Assembly: GCA_041659685.1 (NCBI GenBank)
Contig: JBAZXV010000003.1
Location: forward strand, 66,040 to 130,039
DNA length: 64,000 nt
Reading direction: 5' to 3'
DNA from: Parcubacteria group bacterium
GTDB taxonomy: Bacteria > Patescibacteriota > Minisyncoccia > Moranbacterales > UBA11712
A model generated the notes under the pieces. The model did not search any database. It was not told the origin of the DNA and saw only the letters and a program-made list of their open reading frames with translations. The position numbers and the translations under genes were made by a program. Below are positions 39,886 through 50,617 of the stretch, piece after piece. Each line of letters starts with the position of its first letter. Position 1 is the stretch's first letter.

Positions 39886-40491
39886 CTAAAGAAAATTCAA
39901 ATAATCCAGCCCGAGGTATCCCACCTCAACGTCCGTCATCCGGCCGCTCCGAAGGAGACTGCGAAATTCTTCAAGTGAAAACAACACGGGTTCGGTTATT
40001 TCCGAGGAAGTATTCTGCGGCTCTGCCACTTTTTCGCAATTAACAGCCACAAAACAATATCTTCGCATGGTCGAATAGGCGCAATCCAAAGCCTCCCCAA
40101 TGAATTTTATTTCGCCTTTGTATCCGGTTTCTTCCAGAAGCTCCCTTTCCGCGACCCGCTCAGGCGTTTCTCCTTCTTCCGCTCTCCCGCCCGGAAGCTC
40201 AAGAAGAATTTCATCGGGTCCGGGACGGAACTGCCTGGCCAGAACCACCTTATTGTTTTTGGTCAGCGCCAAAATACAGACGGCCGACCCTTCTTCCTTG
40301 ATATAGAAATCGCTCTCTTCTCCTCCCGGAAGTTCAAACATGACTTTTTCGACTTTCCTGCCATATTTTTGAAATACAATTTCGCGGGATAATTCTTTCC
40401 ATTTTGTCACTTTGTCATTCATAAGATCAACTATTATTTTTTTGCTTATCATAAACTCCGCCATCGAAATCCGCCCCGGGAGAACGAACAA
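39886..40491 (-). CDS. NUDIX hydrolase
   Basis: Nudix box GGRAEEGETPERVAERELLEETG. Confidence 0.8.
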   Translation of the reverse strand: MFVLPGRISMAEFMISKKIIVDLMNDKVTKWKELSREIVFQKYGRKVEKVMFELPGGEESDFYIKEEGSAVCILALTKNNKVVLARQFRPGPDEILLELPGGRAEEGETPERVAERELLEETGYKGEIKFIGEALDCAYSTMRRYCFVAVNCEKVAEPQNTSSEITEPVLFSLEEFRSLLRSGRMTDVEVGYLGLDYLNFL

Positions 40492-40520
40492 GACAGAAAA
40501 TTATTTTCCGGCGGGAAAAA

Positions 40521-41327
40521 TCAACCAGCCGAATGGATAATCCTTTGCAATTCCCGATGAAGCTTTGGCGCGCCACAGCAGAAAGTGAATTTTTCATCCG
40601 CCCTTTCCATGTGATTTGAATAATCCGTCGGCTTTCCCCAAAAATCGGTATAAATTCCGCCTGCTTCCTCCACAATAATTTGCTGGGCGACGCTGTCCCA
40701 AATTTTTCCGGGCTGATTAAGGCAGGCTCCGAATTTTCCGTTCGCTACCAGCATCACGTCATAAACGCTGTTTGTAATGCGGAGATTTCTGATGCCAAGA
40801 ATTATCTCTCCCATGATTTTGACTTCTTCTCTCGTCTTTTCGGGATGCTCTGCGTTTCCGTCAATTTGATAAACGACAAGGGAAGAAAGCAATCTCTCCT
40901 CGGAAGACACTTTTATCGGCATTCCGTTGCAAAAAGCGCCTTTCCCTTTTTCCGCGAGATATAATTCATCAAAGGATGGCAGTGAAACACCGCCGGAGAA
41001 AGGCTGGTTGTCCTTGATGAGCCCGAGCATAACGCCGTATGTCACCACACCGCTTGCGAAATTGCTTGTTCCGTCGATGGGATCAACGACCCAGGTAAAA
41101 TTAGAATTATTATTTATGACTCCGGCTTCCTCGTCGATAATATTGTGCCCGGGGTAAACCTCTTTTATTTTTCCGATAAGACACTCGCTGATTTTAAGGT
41201 CTGTTTCCGTGAGAACTTGATTGTTGTCCTCGGGCTTAATCCGGCCGGCCACTTTTCCGAATCCATTAAGGGCTATTTTCGAAGCTTCTTCCAGCGACTC
41301 TTTGATAAAATCTTGAAATTCCATAAT
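40521..41327 (-). CDS. Inositol monophosphatase family protein
   Basis: WVVDPIDGT and the C-terminal WD motif. The start was placed at MEFQDF because the longer ORF would overlap the SET gene. Confidence 0.75.
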   Translation of the reverse strand: MMEFQDFIKESLEEASKIALNGFGKVAGRIKPEDNNQVLTETDLKISECLIGKIKEVYPGHNIIDEEAGVINNNSNFTWVVDPIDGTSNFASGVVTYGVMLGLIKDNQPFSGGVSLPSFDELYLAEKGKGAFCNGMPIKVSSEERLLSSLVVYQIDGNAEHPEKTREEVKIMGEIILGIRNLRITNSVYDVMLVANGKFGACLNQPGKIWDSVAQQIIVEEAGGIYTDFWGKPTDYSNHMERADEKFTFCCGAPKLHRELQRIIHSAG

Positions 41328-41385
41328 GTTATGTAAAAATTTATTTACTTTCCAGCTCGCCAAACCTGCCTGAATTTTTTCGGGT

Positions 41386-41757
41386 TCAGGCTTTTCTTTT
41401 GCATCCCTTACTGCCGCACTTGCACTTAAAATCAAATTGCCCGCTCTTTCCGTAGTCAGTTGTTATCTCTTCCCCCTTTCTTATGTCTCTCGCGGCAATA
41501 TCGCTGCCTCCTTTTGCAAGGGTATTTGCTTCGCAGGAATGATTAACGAATTTTTCGGGAGACTGCATCAGATAATACTTATTATTTCCTGCCCGATAAA
41601 CATAATTTTCCTGATCTTTTCCCAGCTTTTCCATCTCGGATTTCTTAAGAACCCGGGGGTTCCACCTCAAAACTGTTTCGCCCTTTCTGAAATCTCTTGA
41701 GGCAAACACCCCTTTCTTGTCGATCTTAGATTTTCTGATAGTGATGCTTTTATTCAT
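41386..41757 (-). CDS. SET-domain protein (putative lysine methyltransferase)
   Basis: NHSCEAN, EEITTDY and the post-SET CKCGSKGC cluster. Confidence 0.75.
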   Translation of the reverse strand: MNKSITIRKSKIDKKGVFASRDFRKGETVLRWNPRVLKKSEMEKLGKDQENYVYRAGNNKYYLMQSPEKFVNHSCEANTLAKGGSDIAARDIRKGEEITTDYGKSGQFDFKCKCGSKGCKRKA

Positions 41758-41824
41758 TTCCTTGAATTATTCTTCCTCCCTGAAAATCGCGAAGGAAGAA
41801 ACGTTTGCGCGGCAAATAACTTGT

Positions 41825-42391
41825 TCAAAAAAATATCAGCTTGTCCGCAGCCTCTTTCACGTTTTTATTCCAGTCATGCCCGGCTTCAACCTCAATGAGC
41901 CGGATATTTTTTCTTTTAATTATCTTAGCAGACTCTTCGTCGCAAAAAAACCGGTCGTTTTTTCCCCTTAAGACTATCAGATTCCCTTTGGGAATTTTTT
42001 CCATCTCCGCCAGGACATCAATTTTAAGCAGTTTCCAAATTTTCCCAAATCCGGAAATCCAGTTTCTGACGGGCACTATTCTTATCCATTCAATCCTTTC
42101 CTCAAGCAGAAAGCGCATCCAGCGAAAAATGAGATCCAATATATTTCTCTTTTTAATCAGCGGATTAAATAATATGAATTTGCTTTCGGGGTTGCCTTCG
42201 AAATAGGAAAGCGCCGAACTTGCGCCGATGCTGTGTCCGATAAAATAATCGGCCTTCGCTTCGGTGCCAAGGCAGTTTTCCCGGAGCCAACTGTCCGGGC
42301 CATCGTATCCGCCGTAATTTCTCACAAACTGAAAGCCCCCTGGAAAAAGAAGAGTCTTTTTGTCTAAATTATTTTTGTCCACAAATATCAA
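41825..42391 (-). CDS. Alpha/beta hydrolase
   Basis: GHSIGAS nucleophile elbow. C-terminal GHDWN catalytic His region. Confidence 0.55.
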   Translation of the reverse strand: MIFVDKNNLDKKTLLFPGGFQFVRNYGGYDGPDSWLRENCLGTEAKADYFIGHSIGASSALSYFEGNPESKFILFNPLIKKRNILDLIFRWMRFLLEERIEWIRIVPVRNWISGFGKIWKLLKIDVLAEMEKIPKGNLIVLRGKNDRFFCDEESAKIIKRKNIRLIEVEAGHDWNKNVKEAADKLIFF

Positions 42392-42616
42392 GGTGTTTTA
42401 ATAATATTATTCTTTGTTATTTTCCAAGTCAAAACCTTAGAAATTATTTACCAGTCAGAAACCAGATAAACTTTTCCGCATTTTCATCTAAAATTAGAAA
42501 ATTCTTACTTCGTAAATAATCGTTTCGAGTGCGGTATCGGTTTCCTTCGTCTCATATCCTGCCTCAAAAAACGGAATGGCAGTCCTGGGATCGGACAGGC
42601 AAGCCATACCTAAATA

Positions 42617-43096
42617 TTAATTTTCCTTGGCAAAACAATTGAAGAGCTTGATATAATTTTCAAGAAGAAAGCGAAGCTCCTCTTTGGTTTTTGGATTCGC
42701 CTGCTCCAGCGATGACAGGCTGTAGTCATTAGGATCAAGCGGCGGAAATAAAACTTCAGCCGCCTTCCAAAACTCCGGATCATTAACCAGATCTTCGAGG
42801 GTATTTATCAAATCCGGCATAACTTCCCGGGGAATTGGCAGAAGTGGCAGATCTTTTTTTTCGAAATAGGCGTCCATGACATATCCCATATTTTCGAGCA
42901 ATTTGAAAAGCTTTTTGTTTAATCCATCCGGAATCACCGCCCCGTTTCTCTCCATCCGCTCCAAGAGATCTTTTATATGAAAACATACCTCAATCGGATC
43001 CTTATGGAAGCGATCATTTATTGTCCTTGGATCGCGCATTTCTGATTTTTTTGTAAGATCAGAAAATATTTGCGGCTCCTTGTCTATTTTTGGCAT
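42617..43096 (-). CDS. Hypothetical protein
   Basis: ORF only. Acidic and helical. Confidence 0.4.
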   Translation of the reverse strand: MPKIDKEPQIFSDLTKKSEMRDPRTINDRFHKDPIEVCFHIKDLLERMERNGAVIPDGLNKKLFKLLENMGYVMDAYFEKKDLPLLPIPREVMPDLINTLEDLVNDPEFWKAAEVLFPPLDPNDYSLSSLEQANPKTKEELRFLLENYIKLFNCFAKEN

Positions 43097-43173
43097 TGCT
43101 TTCTTATTAAAAAATGCACCTGTCCCCGCCGAAACCCGCTGAAATTAAATCTTCGGCCGCCGGAAATCAGCCG

Positions 43174-43839
43174 CTAAAGAAGGTTGACCTTTAATTTCTT
43201 AACAAACCTGTGCATATTAACGTCAAAATTATTTATCGGCATCGAGAGTATGCTGTCAAAACTTAGCCATCGGTATCCGCTAAATTCTCTCACGAATTCT
43301 TCGCTTTTGTCATTTATCTTTTTTTTCGAATCGCCTTCAAACACGTACCATAAATCCACGTCCGTATGCCCCGCAGTCAGCCCGACCGTTTCGATTTGAG
43401 AGACAAATGCGGGAACATCCGGATTATCAAACATCGGTTTTGGCTCAACTCCGAGTTCTTCAACGAGTTCCCGTTTCGCGGTATCAAAAGGCAATTCGTT
43501 TTTTTCAAGATGTCCGCCGCTGGGAAGAAGCAGTAATGCTTTCCGGTGATTAAGAAGCAGGATTTCATTTTCCTTCGGATCGACCAGCACGGAAAAACTG
43601 ACCAGATGCTTCGGGGGAACATCAGGGCTTTTTATCTTGAAAATTTCCGCACCGCTGGAAATCCAATCCAGCGCATCGCTTATATGCCCGCTCTCGATTT
43701 GATCGAATGGATCCACCCGCCCGATCAAGCCCGTAATTTTTTTTCTTATCTCTGGCATTGCGCTTATCAGCATTCCAGTATTCCCTCCTTTCCCCCTTGG
43801 AAGAAAGAACCCGGAAATGTTATTTGTTAACTTTTCCAT
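43174..43839 (-). CDS. NUDIX hydrolase
   Basis: Nudix box GGHLEKNELPFDTAKRELVEELG. Confidence 0.65.
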   Translation of the reverse strand: MEKLTNNISGFFLPRGKGGNTGMLISAMPEIRKKITGLIGRVDPFDQIESGHISDALDWISSGAEIFKIKSPDVPPKHLVSFSVLVDPKENEILLLNHRKALLLLPSGGHLEKNELPFDTAKRELVEELGVEPKPMFDNPDVPAFVSQIETVGLTAGHTDVDLWYVFEGDSKKKINDKSEEFVREFSGYRWLSFDSILSMPINNFDVNMHRFVKKLKVNLL

Positions 43840-44112
43840 TGACCGGCAAATAATTTCCGCCGCTAAAATATAAAAATCGGAAATATAACTGTGGATATTA
43901 TAAGCCCAGGAGCAGCTTCAGCGCCAAACCTTAAAATCCCTGCATCGATTGAAGAGTCACTAACAGGCAAATTCAATAAATTTGCTCTCACCATCTTGTT
44001 TTCCTAATTCAGCATATGAAACAGCAACTTTATTTTCATATTTTTCGCCAAATTTTTCCGACATATATCTTAAATTATTCCCGCCGAAACCCACGGGGGC
44101 TAATTAGCTGGG

Positions 44113-44763
44113 TTATTTCGTGCATATAAACCCTGATTCGGTTCCTATATTGGACTTGAATTTTATGAAAAAGAAATATGCCAAAGTCAGATACGTCCAA
44201 TTTTTCACTGTCTTGAATCCATTTTTTTCCAGAAGTTTCAACAAATTTTTGCGCGGAAAAAGACTGATATGATGTTCTTTCCCGTCTGCATAACTGAAAA
44301 ATTTTTTTCTCAAAAAATTGAGGTTCGGGCTGTTAATATAGCATATGCCTCCCTTTTTCAACACCTTAAAGATATTTCCCAAAGCCTTTTCCGGGTATTC
44401 CAGGTGTTCCAGGAGGTCGTTGCATAAGATGATATCAAAGTTTTTTTCGGGAAACGGCAGTTCGTTTTCCGCATTTACTACAATCAATTTCGCCTCCGGC
44501 AGTCTTTTCCCCGCCTCTTTGATTGCGTATTCCGAAACGTCGACTCCGAACTTCTCGAATGAATCAGGAAACCTTTTCAGCATCAAGCCGAAAGCGCACC
44601 CAACGTCTAGCGCTTTTCCTTTTCCAATTTTTTCAATAAAGGGCTTGAGCGGCTTGAAAAGATTATCGAAATAGAATCTGGCAAAATTCCCGTAGCCCAG
44701 CTTATAGAAGAATGAATTCCGCCCGTCGAAATAATCTTTGTTGTATATTTTCCGATAATCCAT
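44113..44763 (-). CDS. Class I SAM-dependent methyltransferase
   Basis: Motif I ALDVGCAFG, and ILCNDLLEH as post-I/II motifs. Confidence 0.8.
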   Translation of the reverse strand: MDYRKIYNKDYFDGRNSFFYKLGYGNFARFYFDNLFKPLKPFIEKIGKGKALDVGCAFGLMLKRFPDSFEKFGVDVSEYAIKEAGKRLPEAKLIVVNAENELPFPEKNFDIILCNDLLEHLEYPEKALGNIFKVLKKGGICYINSPNLNFLRKKFFSYADGKEHHISLFPRKNLLKLLEKNGFKTVKNWTYLTLAYFFFIKFKSNIGTESGFICTK

Positions 44764-44806
44764 GGTCTATTTATCTTACCCCCGCCGAAATCCGCGGGAG
44801 ATATAA

Positions 44807-45373
44807 TTATCGAGTTTTCAAGATGATGAATTCAGTTTCGGGAATTGTGTATGTTTTGAGATTTTCCATATGGTTTTTGAGTCTTTCAACGTTTTTCTTG
44901 TCGCTTTTGTAATGAGCATAAATTTTTATCGGCAAAATACCAAAACCGGATTCTATTTTTTTTGTGTCAATTGAATAAAAATACTTTGACAAAAGATCCG
45001 CTCCGGCTGATGACCCGGCAATCGTTTTTCCGGAAAAAAGTCTCGGGAGGTTATTCTTTGTCTTCCTCAATTTTCTTTGGAGAAGCCAGTCTTTGCCGCC
45101 CCGGATATAAACTGATTTCACACCTGACAATTGTTTTTTGAAAATATCTGGATTATCTGATGCCAAAATCAACTCGAATGATTTCTTCCCCGCAATCCTC
45201 TTGAATTTTTCTTTGTCTTCTTTGAACATTCCCGGCCAGCGATATTTATATTTCGCGAAATACACAACAAGAATTTGACCATTCTTTGCCGCAAAAAGCA
45301 TCTTTCTGACAAAGTTTCTGTTGTGAATCGAAGGTTTCCTTGTTTCCCCGCCGTGGAGAATGTATGTGGTCAT
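44807..45373 (-). CDS. Peptidase S51 (dipeptidase E)-like / class-I glutamine amidotransferase-like protein
   Basis: LHGGE near the N-terminus. GSSAGA nucleophile-elbow-like motif. Confidence 0.45.
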   Translation of the reverse strand: MTTYILHGGETRKPSIHNRNFVRKMLFAAKNGQILVVYFAKYKYRWPGMFKEDKEKFKRIAGKKSFELILASDNPDIFKKQLSGVKSVYIRGGKDWLLQRKLRKTKNNLPRLFSGKTIAGSSAGADLLSKYFYSIDTKKIESGFGILPIKIYAHYKSDKKNVERLKNHMENLKTYTIPETEFIILKTR

Positions 45374-45520
45374 TTTTTTTGATTATTCTCCCCCGCCGGA
45401 ATCCGCAGAGGAAGCTAATAATATTTTCCCCTATCCTATCCCAAAACAGCTGTTTTATCAAGAAAAAAGAGCGGGGCGATCGCTCGCTCCGCTCTGTTTC
45501 CGAATATAATCCAATAAGAC

Positions 45521-46054
45521 TTATGGATTGACAACAGACCAAACACCGCCGAAATTTTGTCCATTGGTGTCGCCGGCTTTTTTGTCCTGGCTGTAAAAAT
45601 ACAACGGAGATCCGTTATATGTAACTTGCATTGTGCCATCCGGCCGGGTGATTTTGGCGACTGTTCCCGCAACGCCCGAATTTACTTTGAACGCATCTGA
45701 CGGCGAGACAGCATAGGGAGGCCAAATTACAGCGCACTGTCCTGTGCAATTGCTTACTCCGGGCGTGTCACTCGCAAATTTATACAATGTCATCCCGTTT
45801 TCCCCGACAAGATACGTGCCGAGACTTGGGTTTGATGCCGTACTGAGGACAAATGAGTTGCTTTGCAGCGGATCCTGCGGCATATTTTGGTTTTTCGGCA
45901 AATTGGCATCCTGACCCGGATTATTTCCGGACATGCCCTGGTCCGGAACCGGAATAGGAGCATAGGCGCTCCTTGAAGGTTTTTGTGGAAACGCATAAAA
46001 GACTCCGGCGGCCAAAATTATTGCGATGGCAATGACTAATATCGTTTTTCTCAT
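45521..46054 (-). CDS. Secreted COG4315-type repeat protein (Y-x-F/Y-x-x-D motif lipoprotein family)
   Basis: Signal or transmembrane segment. LYKFASD and LYFYSQD repeats. Confidence 0.5.
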   Translation of the reverse strand: MRKTILVIAIAIILAAGVFYAFPQKPSRSAYAPIPVPDQGMSGNNPGQDANLPKNQNMPQDPLQSNSFVLSTASNPSLGTYLVGENGMTLYKFASDTPGVSNCTGQCAVIWPPYAVSPSDAFKVNSGVAGTVAKITRPDGTMQVTYNGSPLYFYSQDKKAGDTNGQNFGGVWSVVNP

Positions 46055-46186
46055 TATTTTTAAATTAAAAATCAGGCCTTAACACCTATTACAAAAAACT
46101 TCTCCCCAAATTTCAAATGGAAGAAGCTGTTTGCTCCGCTGCGGAGCAAATTATTTTCGGCCAAAATCCATGAAAAGCAAGACGGA

Positions 46187-46765
46187 TTATTCCGCAATTT
46201 GATTTGTGATATCCTTGAGTTCTTTTTCTATTAATCTCCAGATCCTATCAATGCTTTTGTTCCCTAGTTTTTCAAGGGCGGCATTCGGATAGCTTAGCAT
46301 ATGTTCCCCGATTTCTTCTTTGCACCAATATTCCGGACCCGAATTAAGATGCTGGATTTGAGTTTCTATCTTGTCGAGCGCCTTAGCCAATTTCGCTTCC
46401 GCCGTTTTCCCCTCCTCAAATTCAATAATCAAATCAAGATATTCCTGATTCCGGGGCGCCGGCAACAGATCAAAGACCTCCCTGGCATTTTCAATTTCCT
46501 TTTCATAGTGATGGCTTTTTTTCTCAAATCCCGGCACATCCCCGTCGATAACCTCGGGAATATCGTGAATCGCCATCATTTTGACCATCTTGAGAGAATC
46601 TATTTCTTCGATTTTCAACAGGTCTTTTATGAGAAAAAAGAAAATAATCATGCGCCAGCTATGCTCAGCCACGCTTTCCTGCCGGCCAGTTACCGTCCAA
46701 TTATGGCGCAGAGTATATTTCAGCTTCTCAACGACATTCATAAATCTGATAATTTTTTCTTCCAT
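46187..46765 (-). CDS. HD-domain phosphohydrolase (YfbR-like 5'-deoxynucleotidase family)
   Basis: ESVAEHSWRM...AIHDIPEVIDGD. The start was chosen at MEEKII with Shine-Dalgarno aGGAAGG. Confidence 0.65.
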   Translation of the reverse strand: MEEKIIRFMNVVEKLKYTLRHNWTVTGRQESVAEHSWRMIIFFFLIKDLLKIEEIDSLKMVKMMAIHDIPEVIDGDVPGFEKKSHHYEKEIENAREVFDLLPAPRNQEYLDLIIEFEEGKTAEAKLAKALDKIETQIQHLNSGPEYWCKEEIGEHMLSYPNAALEKLGNKSIDRIWRLIEKELKDITNQIAE

Positions 46766-46782
46766 GATATTTGATTTATCCT

Positions 46783-46801
46783 TCCTAACATTAAATGTTA
46801 G
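46783..46801. promoter_or_regulatory. Perfect 19-nt palindrome CCTAACATTAAATGTTAGG immediately upstream of the HD gene ribosome-binding site
   Basis: Read from the sequence. No flanking T-run, so operator-like rather than terminator. Confidence 0.35.
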
Positions 46802-47104
46802 GAAAATACTCACATTCCGCAAGCGCACCCGCCGTCTTGTCGCAGAAGTCGCAACTATCATCCTTATCAACGGCGGTCGAATAGCTGATTTGCAAAGCCT
46901 TAACAGCGCCGGAAAGAAGCCATCTTCTCCAAAAGCGCAGATCCTTGACCTTGTAAAGATTCGGCATCATTACCTCCTTAATAACCTGTTCCTTTATTAA
47001 AATCAAAACGCTAAGTGTTGCTTAGCGATGCGTAAAGATAACATTCAAAATGCCGGCAGTCAAGGGAACAAACTCTTTAAGATTATTTCCGATTCCACTC
47101 CCCG

Positions 47105-49381
47105 TTACTTCCGATAAATCCTCAAACTGTTCGCCACCACCGAAACGGAGCTTGCCGCCATGGCTCCCGCGGCGATAATCGGATTAAGAAGCCCTGCCAT
47201 GGCCAGTGGAATAGCGACGATGTTATAGCCGAAAGCCCAAAAAAGATTTTGCCTGATTGTCCTGAAAGTAAGTTTGGATACGGAAATCGCTTCGGGAACT
47301 TTTTTGAGATTGTTTTGCACCAGAATTATCTGCCCCGCTTCTTTTGCGATATCCTGAGCCGAACCCATCGCAATTCCGAGATCCGCCTGCACAAGGCTTG
47401 GCGCGTCATTGATGCCATCGCCCACAAAAACGACTTTTTCCCCCTTTTGCTGGAGTTTTTTCACTTCCGCCGCCTTATCCTGCGGCAGAACTTCCGCGAG
47501 AACATTTTTAATCCCCAGTTCTTTCGCGATATGTTGCGCTACTTTTTGATTATCCCCCGTAATCATTGCCATTTTAAGTCCCATTTCCCGGAACATTTTA
47601 ATAACTTCTTTTGTTTCGTTCCGCAATTCGTCGGCAATGACAATCGCACCCAGCGCATCATTTCCGTGAACGACAAACAGCTTTGTTCCGGATTTGTATT
47701 CATCCGAATCCAGAATCTTTTGAGCCCAGTCCGTGCTGATATTTTTGTCTTTCAAAAGCTGGATGTTTCCCAGAAGAAGCTGCGTTTGATGCTCCCGGCA
47801 AACCGCGGAAATTCCTCTGCCTCTTTCCTCCTTAATATTTTCCACTTCCGCAAATTCAATATTTTTTCTCCGCGCATAATTTGCGACGGCCTTTGATAAA
47901 GGATGTTCCGAATGCCTTGCAAGGCTTCCGGCAATCTTCATAATCTTTTCTTCCGCAATTTTTGATTTGTTGTTCCTGATTATTGATAATATTTCCGGCC
48001 TTCCTTTTGTGAGGGTCCCTGTTTTATCGAAAACGACCATAGAGATGTCTTTTGCCCGCTCAAAACTTTCCCCGCTTTTGAAAAGGATGCCGCTTTTTGC
48101 CCCTCTTCCGGTCCCCACCATAATGGCCGCCGGAGTCGCCAGACCCAAAGCACAGGGACAGGCAATTACCAGAACCGCCACGGCGTTGATCATTGCCAAA
48201 GTGAAATCACCGCGCAAAAAATACCAGCCGGCGAAAGTCAGAATGGCAAGAAATATCACTGTCGGCACGAAAATCTCCGCGATCTTGTCCGCTAATTTTT
48301 GAATCGGAGCTTTCGAACCCTGCGCTTCCTCCACGGTCCTGATAATCTGCGCAAGCACCGTCTCTTCTCCCACCTTCGTCACTTTTATTATGAGGACTCC
48401 GTCTTGGTTTATCGTCGCGCCAAAAACCGGAGAATTCTTTTTCTTTTCAACCGGCAAGGATTCGCCCGTGAGCATCGACTCATCAACGTTTGATTCCCCT
48501 TCCGCCACAATTCCGTCCAGGGGAATCTTTTCCCCCGGCAAGACGCGCAAACTGTCTCCCGTCTTCACTTCATCAATGTTTATTTCTTCCTCCCGATTGC
48601 TTCCCCGGATCACGCGCGCCTTTTTCACTCCGAGCTCAAGGAGTTTGCGCATCGCTTCGCCCGCCTGTCCGGTGCTTTTGGCTTCGAAATATTTTCCGAG
48701 AAGTATGAGCGTGATGATGATCGCCGCAGTTTCGAAATAAGCTTCTTTTCCGAAAAACACGGCCCAAAGACTATAAAAATAGGCGGCTAGCGTTCCAAGT
48801 GACACCAGCGTGTCCATATTCGCCCGAAATTTTTTGGCCTGGAAAAACGCCATGCGATGAAATCGGAAACCGAACCAAAAAACAACAACTGTTGCGAGCG
48901 CGAGATGCAGCCACATTACGAGATCGATTCCCAAAAGCAGTTTTCCCGACCTAAGTTTCACAAACATCTCAATAAGCAGGGGGAAGCTGAAAACAGCCGA
49001 CCAGAAAAAAGCTTGCAGTTTTTCTTTAGTATCCCAGCTCTCATGGCGGTGATCGCCGTCCGTATGCATTAAGGCCTGGCCCTGAGGAATTCCGGCGGCT
49101 TGTTCGCCGGAAGGGAAAGATTGAACTTTGAAATTTGAGTGGATATCATCATGCTTCGGAATGCCCGATTCTTCCACTATGTAGCCGTTGTCTATAACAA
49201 CCTGTTTCACATGCTCCTCCGTCAAAGCATCAGCGTCGTATTCAATATAGGCTTTTTTAGACGCAAAATTAACGGTCGCATCCAAAATCCCTTTTGTCTT
49301 CAAAAGTTCCTTTTCGTTCGACACGGCGCAGCTTGCGCAGGACATGCCTGAGATGGCTATTATAAGTTTCCTTTTCTGCAT
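47105..49381 (-). CDS. copA: Copper-translocating P1B-type ATPase
   Basis: [29 protein letters not shown] and TGD motifs. The alternative longer start at 49420 would overlap the upstream gene by 4 nt. Confidence 0.9.
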   Translation of the reverse strand: MQKRKLIIAISGMSCASCAVSNEKELLKTKGILDATVNFASKKAYIEYDADALTEEHVKQVVIDNGYIVEESGIPKHDDIHSNFKVQSFPSGEQAAGIPQGQALMHTDGDHRHESWDTKEKLQAFFWSAVFSFPLLIEMFVKLRSGKLLLGIDLVMWLHLALATVVVFWFGFRFHRMAFFQAKKFRANMDTLVSLGTLAAYFYSLWAVFFGKEAYFETAAIIITLILLGKYFEAKSTGQAGEAMRKLLELGVKKARVIRGSNREEEINIDEVKTGDSLRVLPGEKIPLDGIVAEGESNVDESMLTGESLPVEKKKNSPVFGATINQDGVLIIKVTKVGEETVLAQIIRTVEEAQGSKAPIQKLADKIAEIFVPTVIFLAILTFAGWYFLRGDFTLAMINAVAVLVIACPCALGLATPAAIMVGTGRGAKSGILFKSGESFERAKDISMVVFDKTGTLTKGRPEILSIIRNNKSKIAEEKIMKIAGSLARHSEHPLSKAVANYARRKNIEFAEVENIKEERGRGISAVCREHQTQLLLGNIQLLKDKNISTDWAQKILDSDEYKSGTKLFVVHGNDALGAIVIADELRNETKEVIKMFREMGLKMAMITGDNQKVAQHIAKELGIKNVLAEVLPQDKAAEVKKLQQKGEKVVFVGDGINDAPSLVQADLGIAMGSAQDIAKEAGQIILVQNNLKKVPEAISVSKLTFRTIRQNLFWAFGYNIVAIPLAMAGLLNPIIAAGAMAASSVSVVANSLRIYRK

Positions 49382-49416
49382 ATATAATATAGTTTTTTTC
49401 CCCCGGCTATTCACAT

Positions 49417-50553
49417 TCACTCAACGATAAATTTTCCGCGGACCATTCCCATCCAACAGCTGAACGGAATCGGGCCTGCCTTTGTCGGCGTGAATTCAAT
49501 TACATTATCCCCTTTTTTTATGTCCTCAGCAATGCCAAATCCAGGAATGACGATCTTACTGGTGCATCCCGTCGCTTCGTCGCCATTTATTGAAAACCGG
49601 ACGGGAATGTTATTTTTTACCCGCAAAACGCTCGGTTCAAATCCGCGGCTTGTGATTTTCATTTCAATGTTTTGGGCGGCGCCAAACGAAGAAGAATCAT
49701 TCACTCCTTTGCTCATTTTTTGATTGGGGACCGGAATTTTTTCGGGAACATCATTTTTCACGCTCCATATCGCAAACCCGGAACTGAATGTGTAAACCGC
49801 AAAAAGAATGACCATTATTCCGGCGGCCTTGCTGACAAAAGCCATCTTCTCAAGCTTTGCCAGCGAAGTGGCGGCGCCGAGAGCGAGAAGCACCGGCATT
49901 GTCCCCAACGCGAACGCAGACATGGCGAAAGCTCCCGCCAAAAAGCTTCCTGACGCCAGCGCAAATATTTGCATGCTCTGTGTAAACCCGCAAGGAAGAA
50001 AAAAAGTGATCCCTCCGAGAAAATACGGCGCCGTTTTGTGTTCCGATTCTTCCAGTTTTCCCCAGTACCTCACCAGAAATTTCGGCATTCTTATTCCCAA
50101 AGAGGAAATCGGCGGAACAAAGCCTAAAATATTAAGTCCCAGCCACGCCATGACAACCGCGATCAGTGTTGTATACGCCGAAATAAAATTGCCGCCCAGA
50201 TTCAGTTTTCCTCCAAAAAGGCCCAGGAGGCCGCCCAAAACAAAAAACGTCAGGATTCTTCCGACGTGAAATTTCAGGTTTGGCTGGAGTGCGCCGGACC
50301 AAACGCTATTTTTTTCGCTGCTTTTATATTTTTCCGAAAAAGCCACCACTATGCCTCCTGCGACCACAAGACATGAAGAAAACGAGGCGGCAATGCCGAT
50401 TAAAAACGAGATTCCAAGTGATATTCTGTCTCCGTATGCCCCAATGCCCCCAAACCATCCTGATAATTGGATGGCTCTATATAAAATTAGGACGGCAATG
50501 ACCGTTAAAAAGGCTTTCAGCCAATCCATCCGCCCGTTATTTGGGTTTTCCAT
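49417..50553 (-). CDS. Membrane protein (DsbD_2/TauE-like transmembrane domain) fused to a C-terminal cupredoxin-like domain
   Basis: Eight to nine transmembrane helices with SSCLV. C-terminal ~90-aa beta domain with C...CWMGM, as in small copper-binding cupredoxin-like proteins. Directly upstream of copA. Confidence 0.5.
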   Translation of the reverse strand: MENPNNGRMDWLKAFLTVIAVLILYRAIQLSGWFGGIGAYGDRISLGISFLIGIAASFSSCLVVAGGIVVAFSEKYKSSEKNSVWSGALQPNLKFHVGRILTFFVLGGLLGLFGGKLNLGGNFISAYTTLIAVVMAWLGLNILGFVPPISSLGIRMPKFLVRYWGKLEESEHKTAPYFLGGITFFLPCGFTQSMQIFALASGSFLAGAFAMSAFALGTMPVLLALGAATSLAKLEKMAFVSKAAGIMVILFAVYTFSSGFAIWSVKNDVPEKIPVPNQKMSKGVNDSSSFGAAQNIEMKITSRGFEPSVLRVKNNIPVRFSINGDEATGCTSKIVIPGFGIAEDIKKGDNVIEFTPTKAGPIPFSCWMGMVRGKFIVE

Positions 50554-50617
50554 AAAATGATTATTCGTTTCATATTCATACGCATTTTTCCGGAATAATC
50601 ATTCTGTGGTCCATACT

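Noticed and set aside
47249-48740. Several plus-strand ORFs of 61-215 aa.
   Set aside because: Antisense to copA.
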